DNA from: the human T2T-CHM13v2.0 reference genome, Homo sapiens
Length of the DNA: 64,000 nucleotides
Direction: 5' to 3' (one strand)
NCBI RefSeq assembly: GCF_009914755.1
Contig: NC_060940.1
This document shows, in pieces, positions 37,801 through 52,787 of this stretch. Under the pieces are notes generated by a model. The model did no database searches, had not been told where the DNA came from, and saw nothing but the letters and a program-made list of their open reading frames with translations. How positions within the stretch are numbered: the stretch's first letter is position 1; the number at the start of each line of letters is the position of its first letter. The translations under genes and the position numbers were made by a program.

Positions 37801-38457
37801 GAGAAGTTGAGACTTTTATAAGCAAAAGCTAGCTTTAGGTCAATAAAAACAACAATGATGATAATATTGATTAACACGTTTATCATGCTTTTCAGTTTAC
37901 AAAGTGTTTATCTCCTTCAACCTTCCCAATAACCCAATGCATACATCGAAGATTAAAATCGAGGATGTGTATGATGTGCTTAGTCCTGGCTGTGTATGCT
38001 ACTGAGTACTTAGTAAGTGACGGTCATAGTTGAGGTTATTGTTGGCCATAATCAAGATCCTCGTTGCTGACAATGTTCTTTTGCTAAGAAAAGTGGATTT
38101 TATCCATTTGAAGAGGTCCAGCCCAGAGAGAAGCCTTGATAGACCTTAGCACAAGAGAAAAGAATGAGATACTAGAAAACCCTCAGAGACAGCCTCTTGT
38201 CTCTGGGGTGAGATACTACTAGAAACAAGGGCTATTGGGTGCTTCCCAGGGCTCCCCCACCTGATAGAGATGCTGGCGTCCATTCATGAAAAATCTCTGA
38301 TTATGAAACTGATCATCTGCTTTGCCCCTTGTGTGCTTTCTTTCCAGGTTGTTGATTTTGCCTTTACTTGGACTTATCCTTCATGTACACAGTGTAGTGA
38401 AAGGAACTCTGACTAAAGGTTAAGCAGCAGTGGACTTGCATATTATTTCTAGTACTT

Positions 38458-38915
<458 letters not shown>

Positions 38916-40342
38916 TTTTTTTTATTTTTATTTTTATTTTTATTTTTTGGCTTACTGTTTAATTTGGAAAGTGGGTAAGAAGAAACCAGAAAAAGCTTTC
39001 TGGTTTCTCCTTGTTTGTCTCATCTGTCAAAATCAGGATAGTATTATCTACCTCATAGCATTTGTTTCACGCTGGTAGTATCCTCATATGTTTTCTGTGG
39101 AAGGGGGAGTTGAAAGATGTAGATTTATCTTTTTTCTGCCTTTTTTTTTTCTAGTATTTCTATGGCTTGTGTGACCTTAAGACTTTGACCAGTAAATCTG
39201 AGAGGCATCTAGAGAATTCCAAATGGCAATAATCAAATTTAAACCAGCCTTCAAGGCAACTTGCTTTAAAATCTTATTAGCCAGGGATGGCTAAAAAGAG
39301 TCTTGACAAACACTTCTAGCCTCAGAGCTGAAATGTGTTTCTCAGGATCAGTCCATGGGTGCTGACTCTTTGCACCCATTTCTCTAGGATGGGCAAGACT
39401 GACTCCTTTTTCCTCTGGTGTTCTTCACCATTCTGGACCAGAATAATTTCAACCGTCACACTAGCACTGGTAAATGTGCTGTAGTGGGCAGTTGGTGCCA
39501 ATGTTGGTAATTTTTTTTTTTTCAATTTCGATTCCATAAGCTTTAGATTTAAAGGTGAGGAGGTCTCAATAGCAGGAAGGGGCTTGCAACACTGTCTTAA
39601 AATCTTTGGTTTCTCTTGGGATAGGTTTCTGTCCCTTCCCTCCATGATAGCACCTAGCCATATATCATCTATTCTGTTCTGATAAGTCACTTATCAGGCA
39701 ACATAAGGATGTGAATCACTCTGTGACAATTTAACTTCCAAATAACTTAAGTTTTAGCTCTTTATATACTCAAGCGATTTGTTCTTACTTTACCTTTTAT
39801 TTTTCATGGAAGCATTTTAAATAAATATCTCACTTTCCCTTCTGCTCTCTAAAGAAAAATTCATCCAACACAATATACCTTTTCTCTAAGGATTCAAGGT
39901 CAAATGTCAAGCACGTTCCTTGTGGGAGGGTAACACAAAAAGAGGATACTCTGGGGTTGACTCAGGTGGGAAGGCAGGTTTGTCCTAGCACTAAACACCC
40001 TCACATACCCTCAGCTTTTGAAACTACCCTGTCCGCTTTTTGTGTGACTTTTAAGACTTGCTCTTTTTCCTCACTGTAAGTCTGGCATCCGATTTTACTT
40101 CTAATTATCATCAACTTCCAGAAAACTCCTTTTCTTCTCCCAATTTGTGGCTTTTAATCTGCTTCCCTGTGTGAAGCTAGATTATGAAAGCTTATTACAA
40201 TGGTTACCCAGGCAAAATAAAACAGGCTTGGAGAAAAAGTATTGGGGACAATCCCCTAGGTCAAAGTGCTTGAATTCCAGAGGCTCTCTTTTGTGAAATA
40301 TTCTCTGGCCACTCAGAAACCTGACTGCATCTTGTTCATTGT

Positions 40343-40716
40343 TGCTCTGGTTTCAGTGATGGTCTCCTCTTTCAAATTCATGTTGAAACATATTCACTAA
40401 TGCAGTAGTATTATGAGATGTTGCCTGTGGGAGGTGATTGAGTCATGCCGGTTCTGCCTTCATGAATAAGATGAGCACTCTTATAAAAGGGCTCAAGACT
40501 GAGAGGAGCAGAATCTTGCCCTTCCGCCTTTCACCATGTGAGAACACAGAAGCAAGGCACCATTTTGGAAGCAGAGAGCAGCTTTCCACAGACACCAATG
40601 CCACTGCCTTGATCTTGGACTTCCCATTTCCCAGCACTGTAAGAAATTAATTTTTGCTCTTTATAAATTACCCAGTCCAAGATATTTTGTTATGGCAGCA
40701 CACACAGAACAGGCCA
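40343..40716 (+). mobile_element. MSTD-type LTR
   Basis: CAAATTCATGTTGAAAC ... GGCACCATTTTGGAAGCAGAGAG ... TTTATAAATTACCCAGT; TSD (A/G)TTGT. Confidence 0.82.
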
Positions 40717-41914
40717 GTTGTGAAGACTGATAACTGGTGATTCATTGTTGAGAGTGGACAAAAATGGGCAGATAAAAAAGCATCACCAGCATTTTGATAT
40801 GTGTAGCATTTGTTTGCCATGTTTTGTTTATTTATATTTATTCTGATATCAAGACTCTGACTCATAAAGGGTAGAGAGGTGGGAGAGGAAACTCTATCTC
40901 AGTGGAGAAATATACATGAAGGCATATGATACAGAGACTGTGTTATCTACTGGAAGAATAAATTAGTTAGGGTAGAATTTTGTAGATAGTGCAAAAGCCA
41001 TCTTCACACTGTTTTGAAAGGCATTGGAATGGCCTTCCTGCCAATAATCTCCCTGATACCCAGGTAAAAATGGATCTGAAATCCCATTAAAGATGCATCT
41101 TCTCCCAAGGGCCCTTACAAGGAGGGTAAGCTCTTCAAACTCACATTGGGACTCTTGCTTTACCTTTTCTTCTATTTCGTAAGGATCCAGAGTCATCAGA
41201 ATCATCATAAGATCTTCCATCAATCTTTATTGAAGTGAGTACTACTAATTCACATGGAGGAGTCAATGGTGGTCACAACTACTTTTTAACCACAAGAAGC
41301 AATAGTTACTGGTTAGGCTAATATCAGAAGAAGTGGGAAAGGTCTAGAAAAAATAAGCTAGAGAGAATGAAAAACAATTGTGCTATGTTTTGCAATTTTG
41401 GACAAAAGTAGACTCACGAAAGTGGTTTTACAGACATCTTCTTTGTCATTTCCTAGAGTACTGGCCAGATTTAGGATCCCATAGAGGGAAAGTTACTGTG
41501 TCAAATCCTATGTAAATCAAAAAAAGGATTTACCCATGGCTTGTCTAAGTTGCCTCTTGAATGAAACTCTAGAAATTGATGTAGAAAAAGCTACTGCCTC
41601 CCATAATCACTATCTTTTCCTAGTCAATAAGTAGTATTACCCTATCACTTATCCTTGTAGATCTATTCCCCAAAACCTCCTCCAAGAAAGAAACCTGGTC
41701 TTCATTGTTTTCTGAATATTTTGCTAAAGATCTCCTGCTGTTTTCCGAAATTGTTGTCCAAAACTCCTGATTCACCTGACTTTCGAGTCTGCAGATCTTG
41801 TCTTCATGAAATTTTTATTATATCCAACTTCTGCCCAACCTCAGGGTTCCTAACACATCATCTTTGCCTTTTTTTTTTTCATTTTTTGTTTCATTTGTTT
41901 CTCCATTTCTTTTC

Positions 41915-41999
41915 TTTCTTTCTTTTTTTAATTTCATAGGTTTTTTTGGGGACAGGTGGTTTTTGGTTACATAAGTTCTTTAGTGATGATATGTAAGAT
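41915..41999 (-). mobile_element. L1PB1/2 extreme 3' stub
   Basis: TTTCATAGGTTTTTTTGGGGACAGGTGGTTTTTGGTTACATAAGTTCTTTAGTG. Confidence 0.75.
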
Positions 42000-43182
42000 G
42001 GCTATGGTTCCCACTAAAGTGAAGGAATACTCTTACCATTGATTATCTTGGAAAGCAATTAATCCTGGGACAGGGAATGAGAAGGATTAAGTGTAGATGA
42101 CAGTTTGGCGTAAGTAAAATCTTTCCCCTCTATTTGGGACAGAATCAATGGTAAAGAGGCACCCAGTATGTTTCAGTGTAGTAAGTGGTAAGCTGCCGAA
42201 TAAAGGAATCTCAGAGGCACAGCTTTGTACAGCAGCAAAGGAGGCTTTCCGTCATTGTAAGATTTATTTGCAATATATTTGCCGTCTCAATCCCCAGCCT
42301 TCCTTATATTTTCAAAGCTGCAGCCCAGACTCAGGTGTGCTTGAGGAATTTGGCAAGGGCCCTGTCCTCACTTGGAAGGTGGCCTAGTGTGGTAGCAACA
42401 ATGAACTCTGAGAGCAGAGCCACGTGCAGTGACAATCTCAGGTCAGCAGCAGCGTTGGCAGCAGTGTGGCTGCAGAGCAAGGAGGCCAGAACAGAGGAAA
42501 TGAAAGCACCTGTTTCTCAGCACACTTGAGCTTGCATTCTGCAAAACCCTTAGGCAGTGGTGGAGCATGCATCAGGGCCAAATCCCAACAGCCCCTGTGG
42601 ATTACTTTTCCTTCTTGTCTTCATCTTATTATCTCTCACTTCATTTCTTTCCTTCTCTCTTTCTCCTTCCCCTCTTTTTTTTTTTTTTTTTTGTTTCCTT
42701 CCATTTTTTTTCTTTGTTAGGGGTTAGGGTTGTCTTTCCTTCCTTGTTTTCTATCTACCTTCTTTCAACATTTCTTCCTTTTCTTTTGTGACCTGATCAT
42801 ATTAGCCCTCTTTCCATTGCAAATGAAAACATCTAATAACCTAATAATGTATTGGCTTGTGAAAAAAAAATCCAGTTTAACCCAACATTTGATTGGCTAA
42901 TAAAACTAATGCCTGGAGGGCTCTATTGAGGCAGTGAGAGCTGCCATTCCTTGCAATGATATCATCAGGATTCCATTCCTCTCCATGTGGTTGCCTGCTT
43001 TCCTCTCTGCTGCCTGATCATAAGGCAGGACTTCTCCAGTAAGAGCAACGATGATGACCAGCAGCTACAAATTTATATTCTTCCATTGCAAAGAGAGTGC
43101 ATTTTTCCTAATGATGCAATGAGGAAAAAGATAGTTTTTGGTATTCTTGCTAAAAGATACAAAGCCTAAATTTAAAAACAGG

Positions 43183-43481
43183 CGGAATGGGGACTATTAT
43201 TCTAAGTGAAGTAACTCAGGAATGGAAAACCAAACATTGTATGTTCCCACTTATAAGTGGGAGCTAAGTTATGAGGATGCAAAGGCATAAGGATGATACA
43301 GTGGACTTTGATGACTCAAGGGGAAAGGGTTGAGGAATAAAACACTACAAATTGGATTCAGCGTATACTGCTTGTGTGATGGGTGCACCAAAAGCTCACA
43401 AATCACCACTAAGGAACTTACTCATGCAACCAAATATCACCTGTTCCCCAAAAACCCATGGAAATAAAACAATTTAAAAAA
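43183..43481 (+). mobile_element. L1PB1 3' end
   Basis: CTAAGTGAAGTAACTCAGGAATGGAAAACCAAACA ... GGGTGCACCAAAA.CTCACAAATCACCACTAA. Confidence 0.9.
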
Positions 43482-43737
43482 CGAGGGGAAATCAGGGAAA
43501 CCAACATTAAGGGACATTCCAGAGAACAACTTGCCTCCAGTTTTCACACAATTTCACTGCCATGAGAGACAAAGAAAGGCTGGGAAACTGTTTCCAATCA
43601 TGAAACATGGCAGGTAGGCAATGTGTGACCTTGGCTTGGACCCTGGAATTTAAAATGCTGTAAGGGACATTGTTAACACAATTTACTAAATTTAAAAATA
43701 TTAGATAATGATATTGTATCCACATTAAAGTTCTTGA

Positions 43738-44036
43738 TTTTTTTTTTTTTTTTTTTTGAGACAGGGTGTTACTCTGTCACCCAGGCTGGATCGCAGTGGT
43801 GCGATCTTGACTCTGCAGCCTCCACTCCCAGACTCAAGCGATCCTCCCACCTCAGCCCCCAAGTAGCTGGGACTACAGGTGTGTTCCACCACACCCACTT
43901 AATTTTTGTATTTTTATTACAGACAAGGTTTCGCCGTGTTGGCCAGGCTGGTCTCGAACTCCCAAGCTCAAGCGATCCACCTGTCTTGGCCACCCAAAGT
44001 GCTTGGATTACAAGCATGAGCCACCATGCCCCGGCC
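43738..44036 (-). mobile_element. AluJb
   Basis: GAGACAGGG, CTCAAGCGATCCTCCCACCTCAG. Confidence 0.88.
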
Positions 44037-45261
44037 TTGAATTTGATAATTCTATTATGGTTACAAAGGAGATTGTTCTTGTTCTTAGAATTTACCTGCT
44101 GAAGTATTTTGTAATAAAGTATCATTATAGCTGTGACTTGTTCTCAAGTGATGCAGAAAAAAAATATAGACTTTATACTCACAGATTCATATATATATGC
44201 ACCCCCCCACACACTGAGAGAGTGAGAATGAGAAAGAATCAGAACATATTGAAGTGTTAACATATTTAAAAACTGTAAATCTATTTGAAGGATATCAAGA
44301 TAATCGCTGCATCTTTGTGACTTTCAACTTTTTAGAAAAGTTTTAAAGATGTTTTTAAATAGAAAGAAACAAAAGCAAAACAGTTTCTCTTTCATGGTGT
44401 TCACAGAAAGTATGAGATGATTTTGGTTTGGCTATATTAATATCACAAACTATAGATGGACAAGGGTTGTGAGTCCTCATGGATAGGGGAGGCCAGGTCA
44501 TATGGGTGTTGGTTCAGTGCCACCTAAACAAAGAACGGGGGTAGGGGGAGCTCCTAAAGGAGAATTGAGGTCCTATCTCCAAATAAGGGGAAGTGGATGC
44601 TGATAGATAAAGCAAGAATTGTCTAGTTCACTCTTATCTCCCTTTCACTGTAAGACAAAACTGCAGAATTCTGAAGCATTATCTTCAATATTTGCCCTAA
44701 ACTACCATTAAAAGTTTGAGCAGCACTTAATGAGCTCAAAGCAACCTTCACATCTGAGATTCCACAAAGCCATTCCAGCTTCTTTTTCCTGTTTAGATGA
44801 AAGACGGTGAACTCATTGGCTGATCTGAACACAGACATCAACTAATTTAATTGACTTAAGGGTTGTTCTTACATAAAATGCTACTCTTTGAATTGTTTTA
44901 AAAGACATCAATTTGTCGTTAAAAAAAATACCTAATGGAAACTTTATTTTTTTCTTCCAATTCCTTTAATGTCTGTTTTGCTAAATGCTTAGCAACAAAA
45001 GGCTGGCTTGGGTTAGGGCTTCTTTGCCCAAGATAAAAATAATCTAAAATTTAGATGTGTCTGCAGTGATCGTGGCAGTGTAAATTAATTAGCCACGCTG
45101 AGCCTGAATCAGCAGCATCTCTGAATTGATCTTGCTTTTATGCTGCTCTGTTTTCTAAAATGTGTTCACCCTTGAAAGTAGCCATTCTTGTGATTACATC
45201 TCTTTCTCACTCAGAAATCACAGTTGGCACAAAAGTTCTTTTTTTTTTTTTAGTGTTGAAG

Positions 45262-45580
45262 TTAATAATACATTAATAAATACTGGAATTTGAATTTTGT
45301 GCCAGCGGCCAAGCTAAAGGCTACAAGCCACGGATGAGCATATAAAAATAAATAAGAGATTATCCCTATCCTTGGGGAGTTTACATTCTTTTGGGGAGGT
45401 ATTAAAATATGTATACCGAAAGTTAAATTACACAATATCAAACAACAAACCATGTCATGAGGCAAGGTGAGTTTCGATGCCAAGAAATAACTACAAATAC
45501 AGTTATGTAGAGAAAGTCGTCCATGCTGGGTGACAGGACTAGTATGAGAAGACTTTTTGAAAAAAGAGAGTTGGAATAAC
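45262..45580 (-). mobile_element. L2 3' region
   Basis: TCCCTATCCTTGGGGAGTTTACATTC. Confidence 0.55.
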
Positions 45581-45621
45581 AGTGTCGAATATGTCTATAT
45601 TCCATCCTAAAACTTTATATA

Positions 45622-46558
<937 letters not shown>

Positions 46559-46939
46559 TAGAGCTTTAACTCTATTATTTCACTTAATTATCACATGAGC
46601 TCTGTAAGGAGGAGAATTTGAGGAAACAAGATAGGTTGATTGTCTTGCCCAAGATTATATATCCCACATTTACAGAGGCTGAGTTCTAACGAAGGTTTGA
46701 CTGTATCCAAAACATCTGGATACAGATTTTGAGGCACACTTTTAAGAAGAGCTTTCGAAATCGGATTCAAAGGGTAATAAGCGTTGATTAATAATGTCTG
46801 CCAAGGACGCAGGCAGGCGATCGGCAGCCACTCTGCTGCCTTTACCAGCACTGGACCGGTGCACATGCCTCAGTATTCCGCAATAACATGCAATTCCTCT
46901 CTTGGCTCCTCACCGTCGTTGTTGAAGCCAGGCTAAAGA

Positions 46940-47165
46940 TTATTTTAGAAAAATTATCTTCTAAACTCCTCTAGCACAGAGACTATCCTCTTACTGCAAA
47001 ACTGATTGCATTGTATTATAATTTTCTGTTCAATACCTGTCTCTCCCGCTGGCGGGAGAGCATTTGGCGGAAAGATGATCACTTCTGCTCAGTATCCTTA
47101 CCCAGTAACAGAGTGCCTCGCTTAGAAATGGTGCCCAATGAGTGTTGCTTTGATTGAATAAATGT
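46940..47165 (+). mobile_element. L2 3' terminus, CpG-retaining
   Basis: CCTGTCTCTCCC ... AACAGAGTGCCT ... GGTGCCCAATGAGTGTTG...TTGAATAAATG. Confidence 0.6.
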
Positions 47166-48086
47166 AAGAATAAAAGTGAGCATAAAATTAGGTTTCTCCT
47201 TTCCATTTTAAACATGGTGAAGCAAAGAGATGTGGACTTTGAATAATGTACCACATCTAGAGAGCCAAAGAAAGACAGAGAGAGGAGCCTTGAGTCCCCA
47301 AATTTCTTAATCATTGAGCTTCAGCTCACTTCTCCAGAGACATTGGCCTCTGTCTGTGACTGCAAAGCGATTGATGTGGCCCGTTAGATTGTGCTGATGC
47401 TGGAATGTATTCAGGCGAAGGCTTCCAGGATACAAGGCTCTCCCTTGGTTTAAAGTGAACTAGCCATGGTCTGCCCGATGTGCAGAGAAGAAAACACAGA
47501 ACCAAGTATTCCCCAGCAACATTTAAACAAAAAATTAAAAGATAATGTTTTCATCCAATGCAGTTGGTCAGTGGGTAGCCTGTGAATGTTATATAATTAT
47601 ATAACCAACAAAGAAGGCTGCAAAATTCGATAATTCAGAAGCATGGTGCTGGAGCCTACAGTCCTCCTTTTCTCCAATCTCTCTCTCTCTCAGCAGAAAG
47701 ACAAAAGAGAATGTGTTAACAGTATTCAGTGTTAAAATGATGAAATTGGGGTTTATTTTTTTCCATAATTTTCCATTTTTCATGCAAAAAACATTATAGC
47801 AAAATACATATTTTTTAAGGCTTTGATACTCTTTTAAGCAGTGAATTTTCATTGGCATAAATGTATTAAGAAACAAGATTATATTAGATAACAAAAATGG
47901 TTTTATGCAAATGACACTCTCCATCTCTGTTGGAAAAACATTAAGCCAAGCTCTCTAATTCCATGAGATCTTACCTAGCAGAGGTGAAGGTGAGCATAAG
48001 GGAGTTGCAGGAAGAGAGTGATCTGTGAAGGGGCTGGTGGTAAAACTCAGCATAGTGAACTCCGGAGATTAAAGGCAGAACATCTT

Positions 48087-48387
48087 AGCTGGGTGTGGTG
48101 GCTCACACCTGTAATCCCAGCACTTTGAGAGGCCAAGGTGGGTGGATCATCTGAGGTCAGGAGTTCGAGACCAGCCTGGCCAACATAGCGAAACCCTGTC
48201 CCTACTAAAAATACAAAAATTAGCTGGGCATGGCAGCACGCACCTGTAATCCAAGCTACTGGGCAGGGGGCTGAGGCAAGAGAATTGCTTGAACCCAGCA
48301 GGCAGAGATTGCAGTGAGCCGAGATCACACCACTGCACTCCAGCCTGGGCAAAAGAGCAAGACTCCATCAAAAAAAAAAAAAAAAAA
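48087..48387 (+). mobile_element. AluSx/Sq-type
   Basis: Dimeric Alu with poly-A. Confidence 0.9.
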
Positions 48388-48654
48388 GGCATGTCTGGAT
48401 TTTAGAGCAAGGGATAGCATAAGGTGGAGGTGAGGAGGGAGGTGTGCACCAACTTTTATAAGACCTCAAGTGGGGTATTCAGGATAGGATGCAACTTGGT
48501 AGTTTAATATTTGCCAAACCTAAGGATGAGTTGTAAGAAAGTACAAGAATACTCTTTACTCAATTGTTTACAAAAGTATCTCCTTTGTGAATCACTGACA
48601 TTTCCTTCTATATACCTTATATCTGTAACTATGTGCCAGTGCCTTTTTGGGTAA

Positions 48655-48772
48655 CACACATATACATATACACAAATATATGATGTACACATACAAAGAT
48701 TATAGATAGATATAGATATACATATAATATAGATTATAGATAGTAGATATTAGAGATATATATATATATATT
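48655..48772. repeat. (TA)n/(TAGA)n low-complexity tract
   Basis: Direct reading. Confidence 0.8.
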
Positions 48773-49041
48773 TAAGTATAGATCTAATTTCCCTCATTTG
48801 GGGTAAATTGAATTGTCATATCCCTTTATTCCTAAATTCTTCAATGTCTATTTTTGCAAAGCAAGGATAGTCTCTTACATAAACACAATGCAATAATCAA
48901 AAACAGAAACTTCCACTTTGACACAATGCTATAATTTAATCCAGAGCCCATACTCAAATGTGACAATTATCCAAATACTGCCCACTATAGCTACTGTTTT
49001 CCTCTGTGTGCAATCCAGAATCATGCTTTAGATTCCTTTAG

Positions 49042-49169
49042 CCCACTTATGCCATTATTGGAACACTAAGCATGTGGGAGTTATATCCTACTGCTCAAGG
49101 TTGTCGCCAATGTCTCATTTTTTCACTCATACAAAAATTCAAAAAATTGTAACCTCAGGCATAAATGGG
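49042..49169 (+). mobile_element. MER85 piggyBac (PGBD3-derived) MITE
   Basis: TIRs CCCACTTATGCC / GGCATAAATGGG; ATTATTGGAACACTAAGCATGTGGGAGTT...CCTACTGCTCAAGG; TTAA TSDs degraded. Confidence 0.9.
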
Positions 49170-49417
49170 AACATTTTCTCAGGCTTTTTTTGTTTTTCTT
49201 GAGCTTGATATTTTTGAAAAATACTGGTCAGTTGGTTTATAGCATGCTCCTCAATTTAGTTGGTGTGACGTTTCCCCATAACAGAGGTCATGAGTCTTTT
49301 TTTTTTTTTAAGGAATAACACAGAAGTGATGCTGGATCCTACTTAGTGCACCATATCAGGACCATCTCAGGTAGTAGCAGTTTGTCCTGATAGTAGTGAT
49401 ATTAAATTTGGCCACTT

Positions 49418-50117
49418 AGGAATCCAACTGCTGGGTATATATACAAAAAGAAAGGAAATCAGTGTATCCAAGAGATATCTGCACTCCTGTGTTTGTTGCA
49501 GCACTATCCACAATAGCCAAGATTTGGAAGCAACCCGTGACCATCAACAGATGACTGGATAAATAAAATGTGGTACATGTACACTATGGAGTACTATTCA
49601 GCCATGAAAAAGTCTAAGATCTTGTCATTTGCAACAACATGGATGGAACTTGGGAACACTGTTAAATGAAATAAGCCAGGCACAGAAAGACAAACATCAC
49701 ATGTTCTCACTTATTTGTGGGATGTAAAAATCAAATCAGTTAAACTCATGGACATAGAGAGTAGAAGGATGGTTCCCAGAGACTGGGATGGGTAGAGGGG
49801 GCTGAGGGGAAGGTGGGGATGGTTAATGGGTACAAGATAATAGAAAGAATGAATAAGACCTACTATTTGATAGCACAACAGGGTGATCCTAGTCACTAAT
49901 AAGTTAATCATATATTTTTAAATAAATAATGTAAATGGATTATTTGTAACTTGAAGGATAAATGCTTGAGGGGATGGATACCCCATTCTCCATGATACAC
50001 TTATTTCCCATTGCATGTCTGTACAAAAATATCTCATGTACCCCGTATGTACACCTACTATGTACCCACAAAAATTTTTAAAAATTAAAAATTAAAAAAA
50101 TGTGAAAATAAATAAAT
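49418..50117 (+). mobile_element. L1MA2-type 3' end (ORF2 C-terminal remnant plus 3' UTR)
   Basis: GCAGCACTATCCACAATAGCCAAGATTTGGAAGCAACC ...; TSD AA.T.TGGCCACTT at 49404-49417 and 50118-50131. Confidence 0.9.
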
Positions 50118-50654
50118 AAGTGTGGCCACTTTGTTAAGTTGGCATCTGCCAGGTTACTTCTTTGTAAAGTTACATTGTACCTTTTCTAAATAATAAGTGA
50201 TTAGAGGAAAAATTATTTGACTATGTGAATATCCTGTTATCCATCAATCTTTCACTCTCCAATTTTAGCATCCACCAGGGGTTTTCTAAGTCTGTCATTT
50301 ATTCAATATTTGTTATTTTGCAATAGAAAATAAGAAAAAGCTTCCCCTCCTATTAATTAATCTATAAATATCAGAATTCATAGACTCTTATTTTATTTAA
50401 TAGGTAATAATGCATTTCTGTCATTGTTTATTTAGATGCTTACGTTGTCCCAGATTTGGCCAGTGGGAGCCAGTTTAAAGAGTTTTGGCCTTTATCCCAT
50501 AAGCAATGGGAAACATATTGCAGGATTTTAGGCAGATGGGTGAAAATATCAGATTTGCTCTTTGACAAATTACTCCAGCTAAATCATAAAAAATGATTGG
50601 AGGAGATTATTGTTATTATTTTATTGTGGTAAGAACACTTAACAGATCTATCCA

Positions 50655-50694
50655 CATATATATATACATATATATACATATATATATATGTGTG

Positions 50695-50750
<56 letters not shown>
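50655..50750. repeat. (TA)n microsatellite in an Alu tail
   Basis: Direct reading. Confidence 0.92.
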
Positions 50751-51046
<296 letters not shown>

Positions 51047-51361
51047 AGCATATTTTTAAATATTCAATACAGTATTGTTACCTATAGGCATAATGTTGTA
51101 CAGCAGATCTCTAGAGCTTTGTTATCTTGCATAAATGGAACTTTATGCCCATTGAATAACAACTCCCTGTTTCTCCCTCAGCTCTACCCCTGGCAACCAC
51201 CATTCTACTTTCTGATTCTCTGAATTTGACTATTTTGGATACCTCATACAAGAGGAATTATGTAGTATTTGTCCTGTCTTATTTCACTGACTGTTATTTC
51301 CTCAAGGTTCATCTATGTTGTAGCATATGTCAGAATTTCCTTTTAAAAGCTGGAAAACATT

Positions 51362-51707
<346 letters not shown>

Positions 51708-52195
51708 TCAGCCACAGATGGACACTTGAATTGCTTTCATATTTTAGCTATTATAAAGAACGCTGCTATAAACAGGGGTATACAAATATCTCAAGATTCT
51801 GCTTTCAAGTCTCTTGGCTAAGGATCCGGAAGTCTGATGTCTGGATAAGATGACAGCACTATTTCTAATTTTTTGAGGAATCCTCATACTGTTTCCTACA
51901 GCAGATGCACCATTTTCATTCCCACCAACAATGTATAAGGGTTCCATTTTTTTCATGTCCTCACCAACACGTTTTCTTTTAAAAAAATAATTCTAATAGG
52001 TGTGAAGCGATATCTCCCTGTGGATTTGACTTGCATTTCCCTGATGAGTGGTGCTGAATATCTCCTCTTATACATGTTGGCCATATGCAGAAATGTCTAT
52101 TCAAGTCCTTTACCCATTTTTAAATTGGGTTGTTAGGTTTTTTGTTTTTTGTTATTGAGTTGTAGGAGTTTCTTAAATATTTTAGTAATTAATCT

Positions 52196-52492
52196 TTTTT
52201 TTTTTTTTGAGATGGAGTCTTGCTCTGACGCCCAGGCTGGAGTGCAGTGGCGCAATCTCGGCTCACTGCAAACTCCGCCTCCTGGGTTCACACCATTCTC
52301 CTGCCTCAGCCTCCTGAGTAGCTGGGACCACAGGCACCACCACGCCAGGCTAATTTTTTTTTTTTTGTATTTTCAGTAGAGACGGGGTTTCATCACGTTA
52401 GCCAGGATGGTCTCAATCTCCTGACCTCGTGATCCACCCGCCTCAGCCTCCCAAAGTGCTGGGATTACAGGCATGAGCCACCGCGCCTGGCC
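52196..52492 (-). mobile_element. AluY
   Basis: CACCATTCTCC, GTTAGCCAGGATGG, ACCTCGTGATC; perfect TSD AGTAATTAATCT at 52184-52195 and 52493-52504. Confidence 0.92.
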
Positions 52493-52787
52493 AGTAATTA
52501 ATCTCTTATCTGGTATGTGGCTTGCAAATATCTTCTTCCATTGCATAGGTTTCCTATCACTCTTTTGATTGTTTCTTTTGCTGTGCAGAAGCTTTTTAGT
52601 TTGGAAGTTGTCCTACTTGCTGATTTTGCCTTCATTACCTGTGCTTTGATATATTATCCATGAATTAATTGCCAAGACCAATGTCACAATGTCATGAAGT
52701 TTTCCTCCATGTTTTCTCCTACGAGTTTTACAGTTTCAGTTCTTCTGTTTAAGCCTTTAATGCATTTTGAGTTGAGTGCTGCGTATG

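Larger units (their letters stand above)
43133..44370 (+). mobile_element. L1MC/ME-type 3' end, interrupted
   Basis: GGTATTCTTGCTAAAA ... GGGACATTCCAGA ... TTAGATAATGATATTGTATC ... GCTGAAGTATTT. Confidence 0.7.
42848..44630 (-). mobile_element. Old MLT1K/L-like LTR split by L1MC, L1PB1 and AluJb (pieces ~42848-43128 and ~44380-44630)
   Basis: GATATCATCAGGATTCC ... CCAGCAGCTACAAATTTATATTC and AAGGGGAAGTGGATGCTG. Confidence 0.5.
48500..50480 (-). mobile_element. L1MC5-type 3' region interrupted by a TA-rich repeat, MER85 and L1MA2
   Basis: CAAGGATAGTCTCTTACATAAACACAAT ... GGAATAACACAGAAGTGATGCTG ... TTGTCCCAGATTTGGCCAGTGGGAGCC. Confidence 0.72.

Noticed and set aside
40963-41223. 86 aa ATG ORF on the minus strand with downstream AATAAA
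   Set aside because: No recognisable homology or exon structure; length compatible with chance. A tBLASTn/Dfam search would settle it.
47038-47057. CTCF site (CCGCCAGCGGGAGA on the minus strand)
   Set aside because: Several mismatches at informative positions; not supportable without ChIP data.
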